Of a stretch of DNA of 64,000 nucleotides, positions 45,268 through 55,265 are shown piece after piece; within the stretch, counting starts at the first letter, position 1; each line of letters begins with the position of its first letter. The position numbers and the translations under genes were made by a program. Source of the stretch: Bdellovibrionales bacterium (GTDB taxonomy: Bacteria > Bdellovibrionota > Bdellovibrionia > Bdellovibrionales > UBA1609); contig CBDCMT010000001.1 in the NCBI GenBank assembly GCA_965219095.1, positions 1,184,001-1,248,000 of the forward strand, written 5' to 3'. The notes beneath the pieces were generated by a model, which worked only from the letters and a program-made list of their open reading frames with translations, did no database searches and was not told the DNA's origin.

Positions 45268-46308
45268 TTATTTACAATCACGAAGGTCCCCTCTAGAGCA
45301 AATCTTAGCTAGAACTTCATTTTGTACATCAATAATGCTTTCATTCACTCTGTCAGATACATCAGAAGGGTATCCTGGAATGTAATCAGATTTATGGGTT
45401 TTTTTCTTCTTCTTCCGAAAACTTTCAAGAAGACTAAAAAAACTATCTTTTCTTGTCCCATAAGATCCACCTTTTGCTTTAGAGTTTTTCTTAGAACTTC
45501 CACTTCCCATACCGCTAGTATAACCTTTTAGCTTTCCTGACTGATCGTCATATGTTTCTGACTGTTCGGAAGTTTTATCACTGTCTTCTCCTTTTTCGCT
45601 CTGAGAGTTTTGACTTGAACTTAATGGGTTTCTTAAAGAAGAGTCCAAACTTGAAACAGTAGAGCCTCCTTTTTTTTCATAGGCTTTTTGATAGGAGGGC
45701 GATTTAATATCGTCTGCTTTAGTAAGAGGTGGTGGATTTTGTATCCGAGGAAGTATTTCATATGGAGTGGTGGATCCATAGCCGCCGTCATTGCAGTCAT
45801 TACAAGGTAGTGGTAGTGGTAGTAGATCTTTATCATCTTTATCATCTTTATCATCTTTCAAAGCTATCGCACAGGCTGTGGATCCTGCTACATTGGCTAA
45901 AGCAAGTAACAATTGCCTGTTTAATTTTTCTAAGTTTTTTGTATCTGTAAGAAAAGAGCATTTATGTGGGCCTTTTCTTCTCTTCTCTGCTATCTGTTTT
46001 TGACAGGCTCTTTTGTGTTTATAACTCTTATGAGCTAGAAGAGCAGCAGGAACTGAGTTTGCAAGACAGGCATTTTTAATTGAGTCAGTCATGGCTCCTG
46101 TAACAGCAGAGATTCCTAAACCCCCCATAAAGAGAGTCACAAAACTAGCATCATTTATGGCATTTATATTTAGAAAGCCTGTTGCTTTTGGACAGTTAGC
46201 TATGGCAAAACTCTCAATCATACAACAAGGAAGGGGGGTACAGTCAGCGACGGAACTTTCATTTATTTGTATAAAGACCAGTAATAAAAGTATAGATAAA
46301 TGTTTCAT
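45268..46308 (-). CDS. Secreted Cys-rich protein with low-complexity Ser/Gly/Lys tail
   Basis: AAGGAGGA Shine-Dalgarno before MKHLSILLL; DKDDKDDKD and LPLPLP microsatellite-encoded tracts. Confidence 0.65.
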   Translation of the reverse strand: MKHLSILLLLVFIQINESSVADCTPLPCCMIESFAIANCPKATGFLNINAINDASFVTLFMGGLGISAVTGAMTDSIKNACLANSVPAALLAHKSYKHKRACQKQIAEKRRKGPHKCSFLTDTKNLEKLNRQLLLALANVAGSTACAIALKDDKDDKDDKDLLPLPLPCNDCNDGGYGSTTPYEILPRIQNPPPLTKADDIKSPSYQKAYEKKGGSTVSSLDSSLRNPLSSSQNSQSEKGEDSDKTSEQSETYDDQSGKLKGYTSGMGSGSSKKNSKAKGGSYGTRKDSFFSLLESFRKKKKKTHKSDYIPGYPSDVSDRVNESIIDVQNEVLAKICSRGDLRDCK

Positions 46309-46604
46309 TTCTCCTCCTTTTACTTTTTTCTTAAACCTTTTATCGGAGATCTCAGTATTAATCTTTAGTCCAGAGCGGTTCATTTTGAGACAAAAAAGAA
46401 AACTCCTGCGATTTAAAAAAAAACGCTCAAAACAGCCCTTTAATATGGCTTTAAGCTCAAATTTTTGTAAGAAAATAACAAAAAATCTTAAAAAAGGGCT
46501 TCACCTTTTAAATCGCTATGCGTTATTTTTTTTTCTTATTTTGCTCAAAGTGTATTAGAGTGAAGATGAAGTATAAGTATAATGAGGTCAACAAGGGAGG
46601 TGAT

Positions 46605-46799
46605 ATGGCAGATATACTCGTTGTAACAAGTAAGGTAAAAAAGGTCATCAAAGAAACTGGTGATTGCAACACTTCAGGTGAAACCATACAAATTTTAAGT
46701 AAAGCCGTAGAGGCTTTATGTCGTCGTGGAATTGAGAGTGCTAAAAATGATGGTCGTAAGACCGTTATGGCAAGAGATATTCCTATTGACCATATTTAG
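46605..46799 (+). CDS. Bacterial histone-fold protein (Bd0055-like), 64 aa
   Basis: MADILVVTSKVKKVIKE..NTSGETI..LSKAVE.LC.RGIESAK.DGRKTVMARDI with RKTV..RD histone L2/alpha3 motif; GGAGGTGA Shine-Dalgarno; TATAAT at 46578. Confidence 0.92.
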   Translation: MADILVVTSKVKKVIKETGDCNTSGETIQILSKAVEALCRRGIESAKNDGRKTVMARDIPIDHI

Positions 46800-46889
46800 G
46801 ATTTCTAAAGAAGAACTTTCCTCTTTGGGAGGCGAGGTGAAAAGGGGTCGAATAAAAATCTCGGCTCTTTTTTTCTAGGACTTTTCCTT

Positions 46890-47930
46890 TTAACCATGGC
46901 CTCCTCTTAAGAAGTTCTCATGGCTTGTGTCTTTTTGACAGGCTATGGGAAAGGAGGAAAAAAAATCTTTTGTATAGTTTTTGATCTCCTGTAAGGTCTT
47001 TATTTGAAAAGCTTTCTTTCTAAAACTTGCTGACTCAGGATAACCTGAAGAGTACCAACTAGCAAATTTTTTAATTTGAAGCCCTACTCTTTTTTCATCA
47101 TAATGCTTTTCTAAATGAAAAGCAAGTTTGTCAATAAGAGAGCTAATTGTATAAGGTAAATCCCATGCTTTATTTTTATAAAGACTGAGAGTTTGATGAA
47201 AAATAAGAGGGTTTTTTAAAGCTCCTCTACCTATCATTACAGCATCACAGTTTGATTGCTTTAAATATTTAAGAGCTTTTTGAGCACTAGTTAGATCACC
47301 ATTTCCAATAATAGGAAGTTTTGATGTTTCTTTGACATTTTGAATGTAATCCCAATCGGATAAGCCTAAGTAAGCTTGTGTTCTTGTTCTTCCATGGATA
47401 GTCATCCAAGAGATTCCTTCATTATAAGCAATATGGCTGACTGTGTGGGCATTTTTTCGCTCTTCGTTCCATCCTGTTCTTACCTTTATTGTCAGAGGAA
47501 TATGAATGGCTTTTTTTACTACTTTAAGAATTTGAGTCAGACGTCTTAAATCTTTAAGGACTCCTGCTCCTGCTCCTTTTTTCACAACCTTATTCACAGG
47601 GCAACCAAAATTAAGATCCACAAAATCAGCTCCCTTCTCTTCTACATGTTGAGCTAAGAGGGCTAAATGGTCTAAATTTTCACCAAAAATCTGAACCCCT
47701 ATAGGATGCTGATCTTCTGTGAACTTCATAAGCGTTTTTGTCTTAGGGCTGTTGAACTGAAAGCCTGTTGCTGACACTAACTCTGTGGTCATGATTCCAC
47801 ACCCCAGCTCCCTCATAAAAGAACGAAAAGCACAGTCTGTAATTCCAGCCATGGGAGCTAAAAAAAAGGGATTGTTTCGTAAATGTTTTATTAAATCCAT
47901 ACTTACTTTTAGCTTTTCTCTATGTGACAA
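46890..47930 (-). CDS. dusB: tRNA-dihydrouridine synthase B
   Basis: LAPMAGITD, DLNFGCP, HGRTR, IGNGD and VMIGRG motifs; start probably ~47900. Confidence 0.9.
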   Translation of the reverse strand: MSHREKLKVSMDLIKHLRNNPFFLAPMAGITDCAFRSFMRELGCGIMTTELVSATGFQFNSPKTKTLMKFTEDQHPIGVQIFGENLDHLALLAQHVEEKGADFVDLNFGCPVNKVVKKGAGAGVLKDLRRLTQILKVVKKAIHIPLTIKVRTGWNEERKNAHTVSHIAYNEGISWMTIHGRTRTQAYLGLSDWDYIQNVKETSKLPIIGNGDLTSAQKALKYLKQSNCDAVMIGRGALKNPLIFHQTLSLYKNKAWDLPYTISSLIDKLAFHLEKHYDEKRVGLQIKKFASWYSSGYPESASFRKKAFQIKTLQEIKNYTKDFFSSFPIACQKDTSHENFLRGGHG

Positions 47931-47982
47931 GCAAGTTTGAGATTGACAGAAGTCAGTTAAAGTAGGAATCTCTATCTTACAA

Positions 47983-48058
47983 GGCTCGGTAGCTCAGTTG
48001 GTAGAGCAGAAGACTGAAAATCTTTGTGTCGACGGTTCAATTCCGTTTCGAGCCACCA
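47983..48058 (+). tRNA. tRNA-Phe(GAA)
   Basis: Cloverleaf; anticodon loop CTGAAAA; GGTTCAATTCC; CCA end. Confidence 0.96.
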
Positions 48059-48304
48059 TTTCAGGAATTTCTCAAGATTTTTGGTTTTGTAAGTTTATAG
48101 AGCGGTTTTGCGTGAAGATATTGCAGATTTCGGTCTTTTAAAACAGGGTTCGATAATACAATTTTAGCAAGTCTTACTTTTTGTAAGAGAATTTTCGTTT
48201 AACTTCATAAAATCACAAGCTCTTCTAAGAGTTTGATAACCTTTTTTCTTTGATAAAAATACGAGTTTCTAGAGTAAAGAAGTTCATGGAGTTTCTTTAT
48301 CATG

Positions 48305-49463
48305 CCTAAAATCTCTCTTAGTTATAACTAGGTTTGAGTTTTTTCAACAATTTAAACGCCGAAAAAATTTCTTTTTGACATTTTGATACTTCGGCTAAAA
48401 TGATCTTATCATTTGCAAGATGGTAAACTTTAAGCTGATCAAGTGTTCTAAATAACTCTTTTTTAGTAACTTTTTTGTATAACTTTTCTTGATTCATAAT
48501 TTTATAAATATGAGAAATTAAAATCAAAGCTAAAAAGTTTATAAAAACACTTCCCTTCATTGAAGTGGATGATTTTACCCTACTTCTTTTTTCAAGAATA
48601 TTGTGCTTAAAAGATCTAAATAATCTTTCTATCCCATCTCTACTGCGATAAAGTGATAACACATCCTTCCGATCTAAGCCCCTTTCATTTGTAATAAAAA
48701 TAAACTTCCCCATTTCCATAACTGCCTCTTTGAGGAAAACTTCATCTCTTTCTATAGTAATAACCCTTTTATTTCTCTTCTTTACTTTAATATATTCTTC
48801 AGCACTTATTTCATCTTTAAAATCCTTCTCTGAAAAAATTGATTCCAAATATGACATTTTTCTTATCAACAAACTCTCCTCCCTTGCTCTTCTTTCTTTA
48901 TCTAAAAAAATATGCGCTACACACATAACTCCATTTATTTCTACCTTAGTCCTTACATAAGAATAAACATTTTCATTGTATAAAAAAGAGCAAATAGGTT
49001 TGCTGATTTCTTCATCAAAATCATAAACCAATTGTTTTGCTTTTCGTGTTGTAAAGACCAGTGGTAGGAGGAATTTTAGCCCTTTGTTATTCATTTCTCG
49101 TATATTTTCCTTGCTATAAAAGCTTCTATCCATAACAAAATAATTAACATTAAGTTTATAGTACTTAATCAGTTTAATTATGTTTTTTTAAAGTTACTAC
49201 ATCCGATATACTTCCAGGATATATTCTATAAGCTAAAGGTAGTTGAATAGAGTTTTTCTCACGTCTACTAATAATCCCTAAATTTGTTTGACCGAGATTC
49301 TTCTTGTCACGGTTATAGCTACGATCAACTAGTTCGTTATTTTTAGAATAAGAAAAAATGGATGAAATATCAAACATAACTGAATATTTATTGTCCTACT
49401 CATTAATCCAATTGCTAAAAAACACTTCAATTTGCTTTTTATTTTTTCCAATATCCAGAGCAT
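48305..49463 (-). mobile_element. IS1634-family remnant type C (frameshifted, 5' cut by IS256)
   Basis: FDISS, MDR.FYS and YRSRDGIERLFR motifs. Confidence 0.75.
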
Positions 49464-50055
49464 GAGGATGTCCCATTTCTCGGTGGAATTCTGTTCAAAA
49501 ATGGAGCAGATAAGAGGACTCCCTGGTGGATTTTTAAGTCCACCTAGGGTTTAATAAATATTTAGAATGAATTAAAAATTAAACAAAAGGAGTCCAAAAT
49601 GAAGAATACAAAAGAAAAAATATCAATTCAAGAACTATCGGATCACAAGGAGATTCAAGATGCTGTTCATAACTATATGAAGCATAGAATTCTTGACGTA
49701 ATCTACCGGATATTTAATGACGAAGTCACTAAGCTCTGTGGTCCACTATACGATCGAGAGGAAGAATGCATGCGAAATGGAAAAGCGATCCTGGGTCTGT
49801 TTATGCTCAAGGACAAAGAGTTTCGATTCGAAAGCCCAGAGTTAAAAAAGACGGAAAAGATGTCAAACTGCGAACATACTCTGCTTTGAGAAACTACGAT
49901 GTTTTCACTGAAAAGATTCAGAACCACCTTCTCCATGAAGTTTCAACAAGTCTCTACTAATCTTTTCAGCAAGACTTTTTTCAAGACGAAAAAAGTCTTT
50001 TTTTTCAGTAACTTAACTCTGCCTGATAGATTTCTTTAGAGACTTTTTTACGATG

Positions 50056-50159
50056 TGTTCGTGATTTGTTCGTGATTTTTTGAGAGACAAAATCAGTAAA
50101 AGTTTTCTTTTTTTCTCAGAACAAAATAAACAAAGGTTGTTCGTGATTTGTTCGTGATT
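50056..50159. repeat. Putative integrase arm sites: two TGTTCGTGATT doublets (third doublet at 55331-55352)
   Basis: 11-bp direct repeats at 50056/50067, 50138/50149 and 55331/55342; also in copies B and C. Confidence 0.7.
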
Positions 50160-50168
50160 GCACAACTT

Positions 50169-51296
50169 TCATTTGATTTTAAGAAAATCTGCTACCTTTT
50201 CACCAGTATTACTCTCTAGCAAAGCCACAGTTTTTGCATATTTTTGAGTTACTTGTTGATCTGTATGGCCAAGACTGGCTTGTACAGCTGATAAGTCTCT
50301 TGTCACAATGAGGGCTTGAGTTGCAAAGCTATGTCTTAAAATATGCGTTGAACGCCAAGGGAGCTTTAACGACTTAAAAGCCTTATTGTAACTTTCTTGA
50401 ACAGCATTATATTTGAGAAGGCCACCCTTTTTATTACAAAAAACAATACTGGAAGAATGGCTTTTAAATTTCCATTCAGTGAGTTTGTTTATAAGTACTT
50501 GAGGGAGCATGATCATTCTTGTAGATTCCTGTGTTTTTGTTGTTTCTGACATATAAGGGTCTTTAGTTTTATAGTCCCAGCTTACATTTCTTACAATTTT
50601 AGCTGTTTTTTTCTCAAAATCTATTTCACTCCATATAAGCCCACAAGATTCACCGATTCTAGCACCAGTTAAAATCATAAAATGAGCTAAGTACCAGTAC
50701 ACTGGATTACTGCCTTTTTTTAACTCTTCAAGCCAGTTTAAAATTTCCTCTTGTTTCATGTAATAGTCAGGACGTCTTGCTTTTAAAGGCTTATAAATGC
50801 ATTTTTCTCTATGTCTTTTTACAATAGGGACATTAAAATCAGCATCAATGTAATCACGCCACCATTGTAAGATAGAGCGAAGAAGCTTTATTTCTTTAAG
50901 CAGAGACTTTCTTCTTGGATTTTTTAATGTAGGATGTTTTAAAAACCAATCAAGCCATACATCAACAGCATGAGAAGAAAATTCGTTCATTTTGAATTTT
51001 GCAAGAGGGCTTTTTATGAAGTAATTAAATCGAAATTCATATCCTTGCCTTGTTGATTTTTTGAATTTTGGCAGACGTTCTTTCTTATATTTTTCAAGAG
51101 CCTCTAAAAAAGTAAAATCTACATAAGGATTTTTAGTTTTGTTTAGTCCTCTTTCAATTTCTGCTTTTTCTTTTTCATGCCAGAAAAAGGCATCTGATTT
51201 ATTTTCAAAGCTCTTGCTTTTAAATCTCTTTCCGTTGAGATAAATTTCAGCAACATAGAAAGCTTTGTTGTTTCTTTTACGTTTAGTTATCGACAT
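50169..51296 (-). CDS. Tyrosine recombinase/integrase
   Basis: TGARIGE (R), TKT (K), HILRH, LGH and QKY catalytic set; N-terminal arm-binding-like region. Confidence 0.95.
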   Translation of the reverse strand: MSITKRKRNNKAFYVAEIYLNGKRFKSKSFENKSDAFFWHEKEKAEIERGLNKTKNPYVDFTFLEALEKYKKERLPKFKKSTRQGYEFRFNYFIKSPLAKFKMNEFSSHAVDVWLDWFLKHPTLKNPRRKSLLKEIKLLRSILQWWRDYIDADFNVPIVKRHREKCIYKPLKARRPDYYMKQEEILNWLEELKKGSNPVYWYLAHFMILTGARIGESCGLIWSEIDFEKKTAKIVRNVSWDYKTKDPYMSETTKTQESTRMIMLPQVLINKLTEWKFKSHSSSIVFCNKKGGLLKYNAVQESYNKAFKSLKLPWRSTHILRHSFATQALIVTRDLSAVQASLGHTDQQVTQKYAKTVALLESNTGEKVADFLKIK

Positions 51297-51562
51297 GGTT
51301 TCTCCTTTCGGTTAATCCAAGCTTCAATGCTCTTTCGTCTAAAATAAGTTTTGCCTCTAATACGGCAAAAGGGTACTTCTCTTAAAGAAACCCAGTTTCT
51401 TATTGTACGAGGAGCAACACCAAACGCACACGCTAAGTCTTCCACAGTTATTAAATTGTCAAAGAACAGACTCTCATTTTTTTGAGAGCTAATAGTACTT
51501 TTTAGAGTACTATTTTGAGAATTATTTTTCAATGTTTTTTTCATTTTTTTAACTCCTTTCAA
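51287..51562 (-). CDS. Excisionase-like HTH protein
   Basis: LITVEDLA..FGVAPRTIRNWV...VPF.RI...F....IEAWI; overlaps the integrase start. Confidence 0.85.
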   Translation of the reverse strand: MKGVKKMKKTLKNNSQNSTLKSTISSQKNESLFFDNLITVEDLACAFGVAPRTIRNWVSLREVPFCRIRGKTYFRRKSIEAWINRKEKPCR

Positions 51563-51613
51563 AAAAAGCTAGAGAGCTTTTTAAAGCCCCCTAGCAGTTG
51601 ATTTTTTAGCCTT

Positions 51614-51842
51614 TTAAAAAGGCACTTCTTCTGTCTCGCTTTTTTTCTCTTTTTTTGACACTCTTCCTACAACCAAAAGCTCCCCTGAAACAGGCAAGCT
51701 TGAGAGCTTAAGAGAGAAGCCGTCTTTTGTTTTTAGAGGGAAGGCTACGCCCACCTTTAAAAACTCTGATTTTTCCTTACCGGATATGGTGAATTTACGC
51801 ACTCAAAAAAGCGTCGTAAATTTTACTTTTTTCGTTTTGCAT
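51614..51842 (-). pseudogene. Small protein with SSB-like acidic tail; 1-nt frameshift near 51803
   Basis: AAGGAG Shine-Dalgarno plus ATG at 51842; core KVGVAFP..DGFSLKL..LP; ends ETEEVPF. Confidence 0.55.
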
Positions 51843-52015
51843 TATGCTACTCCTTTCATAATTGATTTGTTATTTGTTTTTTGACCCTTTTTTACTCCTT
51901 TCTGAGCCATTAAAAAACTCAAGTTAAACTCAAAAAAAACAAGAATCTTTTAACCTGATAGAGAAAATTTTTAGCTTAAAAGTCCTAAAAATTTTCTCTA
52001 TTTTTTCTCCTCCCA

Positions 52016-52178
52016 CACCCCCTTTCCTCTTCCCACATCTATACACCCAACTCTGTGGTACCGTGACCACCCTCTCCCATACTAAAAAAAGTATGAGCGG
52101 GAGAGGGTGGTCACGGTGAAAACCTAAGGTTTTAGCAGAGTTGGGTGTGGGAAAACAAAGGGAAAAGGAAAGGGGGTG
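52016..52178. other. Long branched inverted-repeat structure
   Basis: Nested stems 52016-34/52160-78, 52043-55/52136-48 and 52060-78/52099-117. Confidence 0.8.
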
Positions 52179-52839
52179 CATGCAAGACATGTTTTTAGCA
52201 CTATAAGAAAATTCCAGAATTTTTTTAAAACCTTTCATAAAGCTCACTCCTTTAAGTTAAAAATTTGAAACAAATCTTGTGAGGTTTTGATCTTATCAAT
52301 GAGTACGGCTTGACCAACTTAACTGTCTTTCTTTTACTTGCAGGATTTTGTATCCAAAATAAAACAATATCTTTAAAAAGCTCGTTACATTCTTTTTACC
52401 TCCGATCTGTTTTTACAGAGTAGTTAAAAACGCTGAAGTTGGACCCATTCTTAAAAAGAAGTTCTCTGCTCTCCTTTTTGAAAGGTAAAAATTACATCAC
52501 TATAAAAAATTTATACAGTTTTTATAGTTTTAAAAAAAATAGTTTGTGTTTTAACTTCTTTATGATAGACTCACTTTAATGATTATGAAAACAAGGCCAG
52601 ACTGGAAGTCTAAAGTTAAGGGAGTAGGTGACAATTTTTGTCACCTTTTGAATTTTTTTTACAGTCTTAGAGGCTCAGCTTTAAATAATAAGGAGTTAAG
52701 CTTGGAATAGTTTTTGCTATATATAATTTTAGAAAGGTTAAAGCTCCTTACCTAGATATAAGAAAATAGGACTTAAAAACAAAAAAATGAAAGATAGCTA
52801 TTTGAAATAAATATCTTTCACAAATAGAAGGAGGATGTT

Positions 52840-53853
52840 ATGAAACCAAATAACAATAATATAAGGAAGGCTTTAATAGCTTTATTTACCATGGGAGCTT
52901 TAATAAGCTTAAGCTTTCCTGCTTTTTCTGAAGATGTGGATCCTGAATATGTGGATTGCTCTAAATACTTTAGAAAAGAGTTAAAAGAAGTTATTTCCGA
53001 AGGAAGAATTAATCTTTTTAGAAAAATATTAGAACAGTGTCAAATTGAAGTACCTGTGAATTATAGGATTAGTTATAAAAATGAAACTATGTTGGAATAT
53101 GCTCTTAATTCTGGTCAAAAAGAAATGGCGAAGCTTCTTTTGTCATACAAAGCCAATGCGAATAATAAATCACTACAAAATGCACTTACGAAAGCAATAA
53201 AAAATGGGGATTTAAGTTTTGCAAGAGTTCTTAATAAAAATGGTGCTGATTTAGAAAGTGTACTTATAGATGCAGCAAAGAAAGGAGATTCAAATCTTGT
53301 AAAGTCTCTTCTCGAATTTCCAGTAATAAATGTAAATGCTAAAGATGAATACGGAACGACAGCATTTATGTATGCAGCACGTTACGGACATCTCGATATT
53401 CTAGAGCTTCTTTTTAAAGTTAAAGGTTTAGATGTAAATGCTAAAGATGAATACGGAACGACAGCACTTATGTCTGCAGCACGTTACGGACATCTCGATA
53501 GTGTAAAGTTTCTTTCTGAAGTTTCAAATGTAAATGCTAAAGATAATGACGGAACGACAGCACTTATGTATGCAGCACTTTACGGACATCTCGATAGTGT
53601 AAAGTTTCTTTCTGAAGTTTCAAATGTAAATGCTAAAGATAATAACGGAATAACAGCATTTATGTATGCAGCACTTTACGGACATCTCGATAGTGTAAGA
53701 GTTCTTTTTGAAGTTTCAAATCTAAATCTAGATACTAAAGTTAATAAATACAGAACGACAGTAATAATAGCAGCATTTATGGGGGCGACATTAAAAGGAC
53801 ATTCAGATGTAGTAGACTTTCTCAAAGGAAAAGGACTGATATTGAAAAAGTAA
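52840..53853 (+). CDS. Secreted ankyrin-repeat protein, copy A
   Basis: As copy B; AAGGAGG Shine-Dalgarno. Confidence 0.92.
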   Translation: MKPNNNNIRKALIALFTMGALISLSFPAFSEDVDPEYVDCSKYFRKELKEVISEGRINLFRKILEQCQIEVPVNYRISYKNETMLEYALNSGQKEMAKLLLSYKANANNKSLQNALTKAIKNGDLSFARVLNKNGADLESVLIDAAKKGDSNLVKSLLEFPVINVNAKDEYGTTAFMYAARYGHLDILELLFKVKGLDVNAKDEYGTTALMSAARYGHLDSVKFLSEVSNVNAKDNDGTTALMYAALYGHLDSVKFLSEVSNVNAKDNNGITAFMYAALYGHLDSVRVLFEVSNLNLDTKVNKYRTTVIIAAFMGATLKGHSDVVDFLKGKGLILKK

Positions 53854-53975
53854 AGTCAGAAAACTGTATTATGAGCCTGTAAATTAAATTGTATAACTGA
53901 TTTTCTCATTTTAAATATCACTTCCTTGACAAACAGCCATGTATCCTTTTGAAGGTTGTTTTTTTATAAACCTAG

Positions 53976-55265
53976 TACACTGGAATTTTAATTTTTTCTA
54001 TGTTTAAGATTCATTTTCTTTTAATTTTAGCTATCCTTTTTTCTGTATATTGTCAATACAAGAGGCATTATGTTTTGCCATGAGGATTTTTTTTATGAAA
54101 GAAAAAACTAACCAAGGAGGGGTTATGAAAAGAAGAGTTAAAAAGAAAAGAGTCGAGATTCGATTAAAGAAGAAAGATGTAGAAGAGTTAAGTCATTTTG
54201 TAAAAAGAGCAAAAGCCAAAGCGAGAGAAATCATGAGGACCCATGTTTTACTTTTAAGCCACAAGGGTCGTTCTCCCACCGAGATATCAGAGTTTTTAGA
54301 CACGACTTTAAGAACAGTTCAAAACATAAAGGAGCGTTATAATTCAGGAGGAATCAAGAGAGCTCTTTATGATGCTCCTCGTCCTGGTCAGCCCAGAATT
54401 TTTAATGGGAAAGCCAGGGCTCATATAACAGCTTTAGCCTGTAGTAAGCCTGATGAAGGGTCTGGGGTTTGGAGTTTAAGGTTGTTGGCAGATAGGGCCG
54501 TGGAATTAGGTTATGTTGATAGTATTTCTCATACACAAGTTAGAAAGATTTTAAAAAAAAAATGAGCTCAGGCCCCATTTAAAACGTCAGTGGTGTCTGG
54601 GGAAACTTGATTCTAATTTTATTTGGCAGATGGAGAGGGTTTTAGATACTTATGAGAGAAAATACGATTTAAAAAATCCGGTTCTATGTTTTGATGAAAG
54701 GCCTTGTCAGTTGATTGATGATGTTTTGATTCCGGTTCCTGTCAGTCCTGGAAAAGAAAAAAGAGAGGATTATCATTATAAAAGAGAGGGGGTGTGTGTA
54801 GCTTTATTGGCCGTTGAGCCTTTGACAGGAAAGAGGATTGTGGAGGTGAGTCGTAGAAAGACGAAAGTAGATTATGCAAGGTTTATGAAAAAGGTGGCTG
54901 CAAAGTATAAAGGTTGTGAAAAGATCACATTGATACAAGATAATTTGAACACTCATAATCCCTCTTCATTTTATGAAAATATGAAAGCAGAGAGTGCTTT
55001 TGATTTAACAAATTGCTTTAAGATGATTTACACACCGAAGAAGGCGAGTTGGTTAAATATGGCAGAGATTGAGTTCTCAGCCCTTTCAAAGCAATGTTTA
55101 AATCGTCGTATAGGAAAATTCTCTAAGATGGAAAAAGAGATCACAGCTTGAGCAAAAAATAGAAATAAAAAAAGGATAAAAATAAACTGGCAATTTACGA
55201 ACACTAAAGCAAGAGAAAAATTTTCATCCTCATATAAGAATATGAAAAATTAAAATTCCAATGTA
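53976..55265 (+). mobile_element. IS630 element type D (frameshift at A-run ~54555; premature TGA at 55149)
   Basis: IRs TACA.TGGAATTTTAATTTTT; CTAG flanks; FDERP and QDNLNTH motifs. Confidence 0.9.

Noticed and set aside
46518..46604. N-terminal extension of the histone ORF (93-aa call)
   Set aside because: The strong Shine-Dalgarno and TATAAT point to ATG 46605, giving a 64-aa protein.
51930..52247. 105-aa ORF across the long hairpin
   Set aside because: No recognisable motif and its composition is dictated by the inverted repeats; a short real ORF cannot be fully excluded.
55149..55151. TGA where the related IS630 has Trp (possible code reassignment)
   Set aside because: Intact genes such as gatA, nagZ and the Ppx/GppA gene end in TGA, so this is a simple nonsense mutation.
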